DNA from: an uncultured Gemmatimonadales bacterium
GTDB taxonomy: Bacteria; Gemmatimonadota; Gemmatimonadetes; Gemmatimonadales; GWC2-71-9
Assembly (NCBI GenBank): GCA_963798915.1
Contig: CAWCVB010000001.1
Span: 128,001 to 192,000, forward strand
Direction of reading: 5' to 3'
Length of the DNA stretch: 64,000 bases
Both the position numbers and the translations under genes were made by a program. Below, piece after piece: positions 47,996 to 59,815 of this stretch. Positions within the stretch are counted from its first letter, which is position 1. Each line of letters opens with the position of its first letter. The notes beneath the pieces are model-generated. The model saw nothing but the letters and a program-made list of their open reading frames with translations, did not search any database and was not told the origin of the DNA.

Positions 47996-48325
47996 GTGAA
48001 CACATCGCTTGCTATTCGACTGATTCTGGCTGCCTTCGGTCTCAAGCTGATGGCCGGCCAGGTCCGCAATTACGCTGCCTACCGACGCGAGCGCCGTCGT
48101 TATCCCTTTCGCCCTCCCGATCGGTTGTGGTCACAATGGGAAATGGGCGGCCTTGTCGCCATCGGTGGATTTGTCGCAGGAGTTGTGGCGCTGACCAGCG
48201 ACTGGCCGGAACCGGTGTGGTGGATTTGCTGGGGCATCATGATGGTCGGAGTCGCGCTGGTCGCCGTAACTGGTAACCGCATCAGGCATCGGAAATCTGG
48301 CAAAGAAAGCCCCCGGAAGCCATGA
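47996..48325 (+). CDS. Small membrane protein
   Basis: Three hydrophobic segments. Confidence 0.45.
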   Translation: MNTSLAIRLILAAFGLKLMAGQVRNYAAYRRERRRYPFRPPDRLWSQWEMGGLVAIGGFVAGVVALTSDWPEPVWWICWGIMMVGVALVAVTGNRIRHRKSGKESPRKP

Positions 48326-48450
48326 CTCCCCGGGCGGCTGCCCAGTTCGCCTGGTGCCCGATTCCTGCGGGAACTTCGCCGGAGAGCACGGTCGAGCTGA
48401 AAGGTTAGGACGTCCCCAGGGCGCTCCTGCATGAACCCTCGTCTCTCGCG

Positions 48451-49569
48451 CTACTTTCCTCGGCTCCCTCTGACCCGCCTCAGCACCCCCACCACCGCAT
48501 CACCCACGCGGTGGCGCCAGGTGCGATAGCGGAGCCCTCGCACGGCCGCGCGGACCGGCGTCGGGTCAAGCGCGCGCTGGGCGTCCGCCCACTGGCCTTC
48601 GAGATGATGGGGAATGGCCCAGAGCGCCCGGATGCGGGCCGGCAGGTCAATGGGCCCGAAGCAGGTGAGACGGTCCAAGGCGCCTGCCGCCGCGAACTGC
48701 ACCTGCGTGCGGACACATTTCTCGCACTCCCCGCAGTTGAGCGCGGCAGCGCGATTCTCCCAGCACACCCGCAGGTGCGCATGCACCAGTGGCTCGTTGG
48801 CGATAGCCGCCACCTTATCGAGCCGCGAGACCCCAGGGCTGCCGGTCCCGACGGTGACCGCGCCCGAGGACCAGCAACGGTCGAGTTCCACCGTCGAGCC
48901 GTGGGGCGGCTTCACGTCGCTGCTCGCGATGAGCACGTGGCCCAGGTGCGGCGCCAATAGCTGAGCCACCGCACCAAGAGCGGCGCCATGAGTGAGCTTG
49001 CCCCACGGTGCGGCGCGGAACAGCGGATGCTGTTTCAGGTTGGTCCGGACCGTGAGCACGCGGAGGTCCAGCGCCGCAGCGACCTGCTCCAACAGCTGGC
49101 GGGTCCCCGTAAGGCGGTCTGTGTCCGTGAGCAAGACATCGAAACCCTCGACAAAGATCAGAGCCCGGACGATATCGCGATTAATCAGCAACGAATGAAA
49201 CGAATCCACGCCACCGGTGAAGAAGACACCGGTCGCCTCCGCCAGCGGCTCCAGCGACGTCCGCGCGGCGATGACGTCGCCACCGCTGAATCCCCAATAG
49301 CGCCGAGCAATGTCCCGCGCCTCCGTGGCATGCGCAGCCCATGTGCTGCAGACGGCGTCCTCCGAGCGCACCGACCGGCCGCTTCGCATCGCCGGGATCA
49401 GGAACGCCGAGAGGAACGCTTCGGCGCTTGGCCGCAACGGGACCGTGGACTCGAAGTAGACCTCGTCACCCTCGACCGTCGCTGTGACTCGGCACACTCC
49501 GGACTGGTTGACGATCTGGACGTGGCCGATGTCGAGCAGAGCAGACGCTGATGGTGCTGGTGAGGTCAT
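48451..49569 (-). CDS. PP-loop (QueC-like) ATP-utilising protein with Cys cluster
   Basis: FFTGGVDS; VCW...NCGECEKC. Confidence 0.7.
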   Translation of the reverse strand: MTSPAPSASALLDIGHVQIVNQSGVCRVTATVEGDEVYFESTVPLRPSAEAFLSAFLIPAMRSGRSVRSEDAVCSTWAAHATEARDIARRYWGFSGGDVIAARTSLEPLAEATGVFFTGGVDSFHSLLINRDIVRALIFVEGFDVLLTDTDRLTGTRQLLEQVAAALDLRVLTVRTNLKQHPLFRAAPWGKLTHGAALGAVAQLLAPHLGHVLIASSDVKPPHGSTVELDRCWSSGAVTVGTGSPGVSRLDKVAAIANEPLVHAHLRVCWENRAAALNCGECEKCVRTQVQFAAAGALDRLTCFGPIDLPARIRALWAIPHHLEGQWADAQRALDPTPVRAAVRGLRYRTWRHRVGDAVVGVLRRVRGSRGK

Positions 49570-49720
49570 CGGGACAGGACTCCGAGTCCAGAATAGAGAG
49601 ATGTGCCTGCTTGATCTGCTCGACGCAGCGCCACTGCTGCCTGCGACCTGTTCGCCTCCGCGCGTTGTGCAGTTCGGGAGCGGAGCATGCCGACCCCCGA
49701 ATCTATTATAGTTTGCGATC

Positions 49721-51991
49721 ATGACGAGCGTGCGGCCCCATCCCTCCACAGTGTCGGACGTCACATATGACGCCCAGCGCGTGTGCGATGAGTATCGCAC
49801 CAATGCCCGGCGCATTCCACCGGAAACCATCGGATCCTGGCACCAGGATGGCCTGGATCATCTCGGGACCCTGGTGGCCCGGCCCGAGCTTCGGCCGCTC
49901 GCCGAGGGCGTCAGATTTGGACTGCACCATGAGGGACCGGTCTACATGCTGCGGGACGGCCTCGTCTCCCTCCACACCATCCTCCTTGAACGGTCAGATG
50001 CCGCCGCTGCCACGGTTCTCCGGCATGCGCTGGAGGTCGCGCTTCTCGATCGGCTGCTGCCCGGCGATGACGACGCTCAGATCGCGGCACTGGGCCTGGC
50101 GTGCCAGGTGGCGCGCGGCTACCTGGATGGCCTGACTGCCGCTGAGTCGGAGCTGGCCCTCAACCCATGGCCCGCATGGACGGACAGCCTTGTGGCTCCC
50201 TGCACCGACGACGCAGCGGGCCTGCTCGAGCACACTTTCCGCCATGCCGCTGCCCTGTTCGCGCTCAGGGCCTGGGATGCTGACGCTGCGCTCGAGCGCT
50301 TCCAGAGCCCGGAACTGCAGCGACGAGTGCTGGGCCGCCTGACGGCGCTTCTCCCGCTCGCACTGCCGACCGAACGCCTGCTCACACTTGGTGGAGACAG
50401 CCGCCTCCCGATCGACCCGGCCACCGGATTGAACCGCTATGGCTGCAGTCCAAGGCCGCGGCCCTGGGCCAATACATTCTCCTCGTGCACCGCCACGTCG
50501 GTGTCGGAAGTCGGTTTCAAGGCCGCCGAGCGCTGCCGGCAGCGTCTGATAACCGCGGTAAGCCACGATGGCTTCAAGGAAGCGATCCTCGATCACTCGG
50601 AAAGCATTCGCCGGGCGATCCTTCACCAGCTGCAACTGGACGAGGTGCCGGGCACCGAGCTGGTGCTCACATCGTCAGGCACTGACGCGGAACTGCTGGC
50701 GCTGTACTTCGCGTGCGGGGACAGCGAATCCGCGATTACCACGGTGGTGCTCGCGCCAACTGAAGTCGGGAGCGGGACCCTGCCCGCTGCCGCCGGCAAG
50801 CACTTCGACAGCCTGACGCCCCTTGGCGGCCCGGCTCATGCCGGATCGCCTGTGGCCGGTCTGCCCGCCGAGCGACTGGAATTGCTGCAGATCCCGGTGC
50901 GAAACGAGGATGGAACACTGATCGCCGCGTCCGACCTCGACGCTGTTATCGAGGCGACGGTGCGGGACCGTTGCGAAGCCGGAGGAATCGTCCTGTTGCA
51001 TCTGGTGGACAGCTCGAAGACCGGCGTCGGAGCGCCCAGCGTCGGCCTGGCACGGAGGCTGGCGGATCGGTATCCGACGCAGCTCACCGTTGTGGTCGAT
51101 GCCGCCCAGATGCGCGTCAGCCGGCCGGCGCTGCGTCGCTATCTGGACCACGGATTCCTGCTGCTCATCACCGGCTCGAAATTCTTTACCGGGCCGCCAT
51201 TCTCCGGCGGCCTGGTGGTGCCGCCGGCCATGGCCGGGCGGGTGGACCGGTTGCCGCCGCTGCCGGCGGGCCTCGCCGCCTATACCAGCCGAAGCGATTT
51301 CCCGCTCCGGTGGCGAGGCCTGACCCGCGGCATTTCCCTCGGCACCAATGTGGGCAGCCTGCTCCGCTGGAGAGCGGCGCTGTGGCAAATGGAGGCGTTC
51401 TTCGCCGTCCCGCCCGAGCGGCAGTTCTCCGCCGTGCGCCATTTCGTGAAGGGACTTACCGACGCCGTGGCCAGGAGTCCGTGGGTGGACATGGTGGACG
51501 CCCCGGCGCTGACACGGCATCCGGACGGGGGCGAGCAGGCGTGGGATTCGACGCAGACGATCTTTTCATTGCTGGTGCGACACGCCGATGTCCCCGCCGG
51601 CGAGCCGCCCTATCTCACACTGGAAGAAGCGCAGCGGCTCTATCGGTGGCTGAACGCCGATATTTCGTCGCTGCTCCCCGAGGGGACCAGCGACGACGAG
51701 CACCGCATCGCCTCTTCGCGCTGCCATCTCGGCCAACCAGTGGTGATCTTCACCGACCGCGGCCGGAAGTATGCCGCCATCCGCATTGCCTTCGGCGCAC
51801 GCCTCTGCTCGCGAGTCGAGATGGACCCGCTGCTCGGCGAGACCGATGAGGCCCGCAAGCAGTGGGAGTTGGGCAGCGCACTGGCCGTGCTCGCCAAGAT
51901 CGAGCTCATCGCGCGTCACTGGGCGGTGCTCTGCGAGATGGAGGAGACGAGGCCCGGCTGGCAGCTGCCTCTCGCCGGCGCGCCCTACTGA
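49721..51991 (+). CDS. Large PLP-dependent fold-type-I-like protein (class V aminotransferase-like)
   Basis: LTSSGTDA, VVDAAQ, ITGSKFFTGPPFSG; start uncertain. Confidence 0.65.
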   Translation: MTSVRPHPSTVSDVTYDAQRVCDEYRTNARRIPPETIGSWHQDGLDHLGTLVARPELRPLAEGVRFGLHHEGPVYMLRDGLVSLHTILLERSDAAAATVLRHALEVALLDRLLPGDDDAQIAALGLACQVARGYLDGLTAAESELALNPWPAWTDSLVAPCTDDAAGLLEHTFRHAAALFALRAWDADAALERFQSPELQRRVLGRLTALLPLALPTERLLTLGGDSRLPIDPATGLNRYGCSPRPRPWANTFSSCTATSVSEVGFKAAERCRQRLITAVSHDGFKEAILDHSESIRRAILHQLQLDEVPGTELVLTSSGTDAELLALYFACGDSESAITTVVLAPTEVGSGTLPAAAGKHFDSLTPLGGPAHAGSPVAGLPAERLELLQIPVRNEDGTLIAASDLDAVIEATVRDRCEAGGIVLLHLVDSSKTGVGAPSVGLARRLADRYPTQLTVVVDAAQMRVSRPALRRYLDHGFLLLITGSKFFTGPPFSGGLVVPPAMAGRVDRLPPLPAGLAAYTSRSDFPLRWRGLTRGISLGTNVGSLLRWRAALWQMEAFFAVPPERQFSAVRHFVKGLTDAVARSPWVDMVDAPALTRHPDGGEQAWDSTQTIFSLLVRHADVPAGEPPYLTLEEAQRLYRWLNADISSLLPEGTSDDEHRIASSRCHLGQPVVIFTDRGRKYAAIRIAFGARLCSRVEMDPLLGETDEARKQWELGSALAVLAKIELIARHWAVLCEMEETRPGWQLPLAGAPY

Positions 51992-51999
51992 CGGGCGCG

Positions 52000-52311
52000 C
52001 TACTCTTCGAGTCGGAAAATCTCCCGCCGCCCATGATCAACGAGATCGTGGTACCCCTCCATGATCCGCTCGAACTCCTTCTGCAGCTCGTCAGTCATGC
52101 CCTTGCCCTGCATCATCTCCTCGAAGGCCTGCAGGCTCGGCACTTCAAACTCGGCTATCACGGTCCAATACTGCTCGCCACAGAAGTCGGTCATGATCCG
52201 GAACTTTGGCTGGCCCGCCGCGGCGTTGAGCTTCGACATGGCCTGGAACTTCTCGACCAACGGGCGCACCTTGCCCGGCTTGCACCGAAAGATTTCTCGA
52301 ATGACCAGCAT
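52000..52311 (-). CDS. Small NIPSNAP-like alpha+beta barrel protein
   Basis: IREIFRCKPGK...GRREIF. Confidence 0.65.
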   Translation of the reverse strand: MLVIREIFRCKPGKVRPLVEKFQAMSKLNAAAGQPKFRIMTDFCGEQYWTVIAEFEVPSLQAFEEMMQGKGMTDELQKEFERIMEGYHDLVDHGRREIFRLEE

Positions 52312-52494
52312 GATCCCGCTCGATGGTTTGTGTCAGTATTCCGCAGGGCCGTCGACCAATCGTCGCAGAACGGTACGGCGTTCTGATGGAGCCCTGAATC
52401 AGCCAACATAGCTGAACGCCCGGGTGACCGCGGCCCTCGACGTCGGTCCTGACGCCTCGACGTCCGGCACTGACCCGCCGTACATTCCGCTACC

Positions 52495-55362
52495 ATGACG
52501 ACATCCCGACTGCCTCGTGCCATCGCCTGCGCCACCTGCCTCGCGCTGCTCGCCGGCTCGCTCCAGGCCCAGACTGCTCCCGAATCTCCCATCCCGCTGC
52601 CCGAGCAACCCCGCCCCGACTTTGCCCGTGCCGAGTGGCTCAATTTGAACGGCAGATGGCGCTTCACCTTCGATTCGGCGAATGAGGGACTCAGGGCCGG
52701 ATGGAGCAACGGCCAGTTGCCAGGCAGCCGGCAGATCCTGGTGCCCTTCTCCTGGGCGGCGCCGCTCTCAGGCATTGCCGACACCGGGCAGATCGGGTGG
52801 TACAGCCGGAGCATGACGATACCCGACGCTTGGCAAGGCAAGCGCGTCTTCCTCGTCATCGGCGCCGCCGACTGGCGCACCACCGCCTGGCTCGATGGCG
52901 ACTCCCTCGGCACGCACCAGGGCGGCTATACCCCGTTCGCCTTCGAGCTGACTGGTGGTGCTCGTTGGGGCATGCCGCAGACGCTCGCCATCCGGGTGGA
53001 TGATACGCCCCATCCCTTCAAGCTCGAAGGGAAACAAGGCTACGGCCACGCGAGCGGGATCTGGCAGACGGTATACCTCGAGGCTCGCGGCAGCGACCCG
53101 TTGGATGCGGTGCACTTCACACCCCACGCCGACCTGAACGGCGTGGACGTGGATGTGCGGCTGCTGGAACCGGCGCCGGAGAATCTCAAGCTGCAAGTGA
53201 AGTTTGCAGGTGACAGTAGGGGCGGCCTGCGGCCGCCCATGGACGTGAGACGCGGGACGCGGAAGATGCATTTCAGCATTCCGCTGCCCAACGCTCACCG
53301 TTGGACGCTGGACGATCCGTTCCTGCACCAGGTGACCGCCACGCTGACCGGTGGCCGCGACTTCGTCGCCGATTCGGTGCAGACCTATTTCGGGATGCGG
53401 ACGATTTCGGTGGTGGATGGTCCGCGGTCTACGGTCAACGGTCAACGGTCGACTGTAGACCGTCGACTGTTGACATTCCCCTACGTCGCCCTCAACGGCA
53501 CGCCCATCTACCTTCAGCTCGCGCTCGACCAGGCGTACCATCCCGACGGGTTCTACACTTTCCCCTCTGACAGCGTCCTCAAGGAGGAGATTCTCCGCGC
53601 CCGCCGGATCGGCCTCAACGGTCTCCGCGAGCACATCAAGATCGAATCTCCGCGAAAGTTCTACTGGGCCGATCGATTGGGCGTGCTGATCATGGCGGAT
53701 GTGCCCAACTGGTGGGGCCCGCCCGACTCGGTCGCCTTCCACGAGCACGACTTGGCACTCCGCGGGATGATCGACCGCGACTACAACCATCCGGCCATCT
53801 TCTCCTGGGTCCTCTTCAATGAATCGTGGGGACTGATCAGCAAGGTGGACAGTAGCGAAGACTACCTGCCCGATACCCAGCGCCGAGTGGCCGCCGATTA
53901 CCGGCTGGCCAAGTCCCTCGATTCCACCCGCCTGGTCGAGGATAATTCGGTGTGCTGCGGCTGGCAGCATACCGAAACGGACCTCAACTCCTGGCACGCC
54001 TATCTCCCTGGCTGGCGCTGGGCGACATATGACCAGCGCATCAGTGACAGCACCTTCTCCGGCTCGACCTGGAATTTTGCCCCAGGCTGGAAGCAGGCGC
54101 ATCAACCGATGCTCAATTCCGAGTTCGGCAATGTCTGGGGTTATGAGGGCAGCACCGGTGACGTGGACTGGAGCTGGGACTACCATCGTGCAGTAGACGC
54201 GTTTCGTCGGAATCCGGAGATTGCCGGCTGGCTGTACACCGAGCATCACGACGTGATCAACGAGTGGAACGGCTACTGGCGATTTGACCGGACGCCCAAG
54301 GAAACCGGGTTCGGCGGCCTGGTCGATGGGATGACACTCACCGACCTCCACTCACAGCTCTATATCGCCATCGGCGACTCGGCGCTGGCCCGGAGCGTCC
54401 GTCCAGGCCAGGAAGTCCAGGTGCCGCTCTACGCATCCTTCCTCAGCGGGAGCACGGCGCTGCCCGACTCGCTCACGCTTCACTTCGAGCTGCGCGGCTG
54501 GAATGCACTGGGCGAAGAAGCGGTGTACGACACCTCCGCACGCAGGATTCCCTATCAGCCCTGGATGACGGAGTCCCTGGCACCCGTCAGTGTCACCATG
54601 CCGAACGAGCCAGCCGTCGCCGTGCTTTCGGTCCGGCTCGAGGACGCCACAGGGACGGTGCTGCAGCGCAACTTTACCACCTTCGTGGTCGAGGGAGCGA
54701 CGCCGGACAGCGCGGTGCTCGCCGACGGCCGCCGAGCGGTCGTGGCCCATGTCTCAGCCACAGCGGTCCGGGATGCGCACTGGTCGCTCAAGCAGTGGAC
54801 CGTGATGGACAGTCTCAAGCTGGATGGCGCCGGCAGCGGATATTTCGAATACGCCATTCCCTGGCCGGCCAGTCTCGAGCTGAAAGACGTGGCCGAGGCA
54901 AGTTTTCTCGTCGAGGCGTCGGCCAAGCGACTCAACGGCAAGGACCGCGATACCACGTCCTCCGACAATGGCGACTACATGCGGGGCGGCGGCTTGCACG
55001 ACCGGAGCCGGAACCCCAACAGCTATCCGATGACCAGTGTGTACCAATATCCCAGCGCGGTCACCATCACGGTCAACGGCCACCTGGCCGGCCGATGGGA
55101 GTTGGCCGACGATCCGGCCGACTCGCGCGGCATCCTGAGCTGGCATGCGCAGCCGCATGATGGGTACCTCCACGAAGCTGGTTCCTACGGTGAATTGCTG
55201 CGCGTCCCCATTCCCGCCGAGGCGCTGGCTGAAGCGGCGCGGAGAGGCGAAGTGATCATTCGGCTCAGCGTGGATGAGGCGCTGCCGGGCGGGCTCGCCA
55301 TCTATGGCGCGCACTTCGGGCGGTATCCGGTGGACCCGACCGTCGTGTGGGTGGTGAAGTAG
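52495..55362 (+). CDS. Secreted glycoside hydrolase family 2
   Basis: PRPDFARAEWLNLNGRW, HQGGYTPF, RDYNHPAIFSWVLFNESWG, SEFG. Confidence 0.9.
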   Translation: MTTSRLPRAIACATCLALLAGSLQAQTAPESPIPLPEQPRPDFARAEWLNLNGRWRFTFDSANEGLRAGWSNGQLPGSRQILVPFSWAAPLSGIADTGQIGWYSRSMTIPDAWQGKRVFLVIGAADWRTTAWLDGDSLGTHQGGYTPFAFELTGGARWGMPQTLAIRVDDTPHPFKLEGKQGYGHASGIWQTVYLEARGSDPLDAVHFTPHADLNGVDVDVRLLEPAPENLKLQVKFAGDSRGGLRPPMDVRRGTRKMHFSIPLPNAHRWTLDDPFLHQVTATLTGGRDFVADSVQTYFGMRTISVVDGPRSTVNGQRSTVDRRLLTFPYVALNGTPIYLQLALDQAYHPDGFYTFPSDSVLKEEILRARRIGLNGLREHIKIESPRKFYWADRLGVLIMADVPNWWGPPDSVAFHEHDLALRGMIDRDYNHPAIFSWVLFNESWGLISKVDSSEDYLPDTQRRVAADYRLAKSLDSTRLVEDNSVCCGWQHTETDLNSWHAYLPGWRWATYDQRISDSTFSGSTWNFAPGWKQAHQPMLNSEFGNVWGYEGSTGDVDWSWDYHRAVDAFRRNPEIAGWLYTEHHDVINEWNGYWRFDRTPKETGFGGLVDGMTLTDLHSQLYIAIGDSALARSVRPGQEVQVPLYASFLSGSTALPDSLTLHFELRGWNALGEEAVYDTSARRIPYQPWMTESLAPVSVTMPNEPAVAVLSVRLEDATGTVLQRNFTTFVVEGATPDSAVLADGRRAVVAHVSATAVRDAHWSLKQWTVMDSLKLDGAGSGYFEYAIPWPASLELKDVAEASFLVEASAKRLNGKDRDTTSSDNGDYMRGGGLHDRSRNPNSYPMTSVYQYPSAVTITVNGHLAGRWELADDPADSRGILSWHAQPHDGYLHEAGSYGELLRVPIPAEALAEAARRGEVIIRLSVDEALPGGLAIYGAHFGRYPVDPTVVWVVK

Positions 55363-55510
55363 GCGGGAAGGCGGGAAGGCGGGAAGACGGGATGGCGGGA
55401 AGACGGGATGGCGGGCGGTAGGGGGCGGCCCGCATACCGCCCCTGCAGCATTCAAACGCTCTGCCTCACCCCGGCATCCAACCCCGTAGATTCTCTCGGG
55501 GGGACAGTAC

Positions 55511-56518
55511 ATGACCGTGATCTCGACGCATCGCTCCGGTGTTCTTGCCGCGTTTGGGCTTGGGTTGTGCCTGGCCCTCGCCGCCGCCAGCGGCAAGCCC
55601 GCGACCATCGCCTTCGCGTCGAAGGTTGGCGACAATTATCAGATCCATACTGCCGAGGCGGACGGACGCGGCAATCGGCAGCTCACCACCGGATCGGCCA
55701 ACCGGTTTCCCGTCTGGTCACCCGATGGAAGACGGATTGCCTTCGCCTCACTGCGCTCTGGCCATTGGCAACTCTGGGTCATGAATGCCGATGGCAGCGA
55801 CGCCAGGTTCCTCGCCCGTGATGTGGTCGCCAAGAGCCCACGGTACTGGTCGCCTGATGGCAGCCGCCTGCTCTTCGAGTCGGACCGGAATGGAAATACC
55901 GACATCCAGACGGTTGCCATCGCCGGCGGGCCGCCTCGGCGTCTCACCGACGGACCTGCGGCCGATCGCAGCCCGGCCTGGTCGCCCGATGGGACTCGCA
56001 TCGCGTTTGTCTCCGCACGCTCCGGCACAGGCGAGCTGTATCTGATGAATGCCGATGGCACGCAGCAGCAGGCCATCACCCGTGGCGGCGATGCCGTCGA
56101 AGTCTCCAGCCCTGCCTGGTCGCCGGATGGCGGCGTGATCGCGTTTGCTTCATCGCGGGATGGCAACCGCGAGATCTATCTGATTTGTCCCGACGGCACC
56201 GCACTCAGGCGCCTCACTGGCGATGCGGCCGATGAGCAGCAGCCTGCCTGGTCACCCGATGGGCGGCGGATCGCCTTCCAATCCATTCGTGGGAAGAACT
56301 ACGACATCGAAGTGATGGACGCCGACGGCCGGAGTCGCCGGCGACTTACAACCTCCCACGCATACGATGGCCAATTTTCCTGGTCGCCCGACGGAACCAT
56401 GCTCGCCTTTATCTCAGGGCGAGATGGCGATGATGCGCTCTATGTCATGCGGCCGGATGGGAGCGCGGCGCATCGGCTTACCGCCCGGCCTGCCCTCGAT
56501 CCGCGCTGGAGGCCATGA
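55511..56518 (+). CDS. TolB-like PD40 repeat protein
   Basis: Six WSPDG repeats. Confidence 0.9.
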   Translation: MTVISTHRSGVLAAFGLGLCLALAAASGKPATIAFASKVGDNYQIHTAEADGRGNRQLTTGSANRFPVWSPDGRRIAFASLRSGHWQLWVMNADGSDARFLARDVVAKSPRYWSPDGSRLLFESDRNGNTDIQTVAIAGGPPRRLTDGPAADRSPAWSPDGTRIAFVSARSGTGELYLMNADGTQQQAITRGGDAVEVSSPAWSPDGGVIAFASSRDGNREIYLICPDGTALRRLTGDAADEQQPAWSPDGRRIAFQSIRGKNYDIEVMDADGRSRRRLTTSHAYDGQFSWSPDGTMLAFISGRDGDDALYVMRPDGSAAHRLTARPALDPRWRP

Positions 56519-56618
56519 GACAAGGCGGGCGGGACGGGCGGGATGCGCAGGTAGTCGCCGGTCAGCAGATCGTCCGGCCGCTGTGCGGCCTCTGAATGAC
56601 AGCTGCTACGAGACCCAC

Positions 56619-56759
56619 CTGAGGCTTTGTCGCCGTAGGCGACATGAGCCGAGCAGGGGCTTTCAGCCCCGTAAGAAGGCCGCGAACCTCTGAGGCATTG
56701 TCGCCGTAGGCGACACGAGCCGAGCAGGGGCTTTCAGCCCCGTAAGAATGCCGCGAACC
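56619..56759. repeat. Two direct 71-bp units with hairpins GTCGCCGTAGGCGAC and GGGGCTTTCAGCCCC (REP-like)
   Basis: Directly visible. Confidence 0.85.
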
Positions 56760-56846
56760 CCCTTGATCCGCGACTCGCACCCGCCTCTGTGACCCGCATC
56801 GCTGCGCCAGAAGCCATCAGGCCGGAGCTTGGGCTTGGGAGGCATC

Positions 56847-57647
56847 ATGCTCAACCGCACCGCACAACTGGCGGCCATCCTGGCGCTTGGCGCGCTGGTC
56901 CCCGCCCTGCCCCATGCATTGCGCCAAGCCGACGACGACAACCCCGTTGCAGTCCGCTACTCGGAAGGCACCGCGCACGGCTTCCTGCATCTGACGACCG
57001 CAGGCGGGCAGCATCTTGCCTCGGGCGACCTGTTGCAGGTTCCCCGCGATCGCCACATCCGGACCCGCATGGTTTTCCACTTTGCCGACTCCTCCTATTT
57101 CGAGGAGACGGTCACCTTCACGCAGCACGACGTGTTTCGACTGCTCTCCTATCATCTGGTTCATCGCGGGCCCTCATTCCCCGCTGACCTGGATGCCTCC
57201 TTCGAAGCCAACGGGCATTACGTGGTGAAGGCCACGTCGCACGATGACGGGAAGGTGGAGCAATACGAGGACACGCTCGACCTTCCGGCAGACGTATCGA
57301 ACGGACTACCCATCGTCCTGCTCAAGAACCTGGTGCCGGATGAAGCTCGGACCGTGCACATCGTTGCCTTCACACCCAAACCCAGGCTGATCGGCCTCGA
57401 GCTGACTCCGGTCGCGAAACATCACGTACTCGATGTGAAGCGGAGGGAATCGGTGGTGGAGTATGCGCTCAAGCCCAAGCTCGGGTTGATTACCGGCCTG
57501 TTCGCCAAGCTGCTGGCAAAGACACCGCCCGATTCGCACGTCTGGATCGTGACGGAGGGTGTGCCGGCCTTTGTGCGTTTCGAAGGGCCGCTCTACATGG
57601 GGCCGGTCTGGCGGATTGACCTGACGGCCCCACACTGGCCGGAGTGA
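56847..57647 (+). CDS. Conserved-looking hypothetical secreted protein
   Basis: GGAGG RBS, signal peptide, typical codon usage. Confidence 0.7.
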   Translation: MLNRTAQLAAILALGALVPALPHALRQADDDNPVAVRYSEGTAHGFLHLTTAGGQHLASGDLLQVPRDRHIRTRMVFHFADSSYFEETVTFTQHDVFRLLSYHLVHRGPSFPADLDASFEANGHYVVKATSHDDGKVEQYEDTLDLPADVSNGLPIVLLKNLVPDEARTVHIVAFTPKPRLIGLELTPVAKHHVLDVKRRESVVEYALKPKLGLITGLFAKLLAKTPPDSHVWIVTEGVPAFVRFEGPLYMGPVWRIDLTAPHWPE

Positions 57648-57809
57648 GGCACGGGGGCGGGATGGGCGGGATGGGCGGGATGGGCGAGCCCGAAACTCGC
57701 CCAATCGTACGGGCGGCCCGCGGGCCGCCCTCTACACGGACCTCGACCTGCGACCCGCGACCTGTGGCCCTCGGCCCGCGACCCTCGGCCCGCGACCCGC
57801 GACCCGCCC

Positions 57810-59779
<1,970 letters not shown>

Positions 59780-59815
59780 GTCCTTCACCTTTCCCGTCCG
59801 CGACCGGCGGGGGAC

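Noticed and set aside
56619..56759. Two 71-bp direct repeats as a CRISPR array
   Set aside because: Only two adjoining units, no unique spacers, no cas genes; they look REP-like
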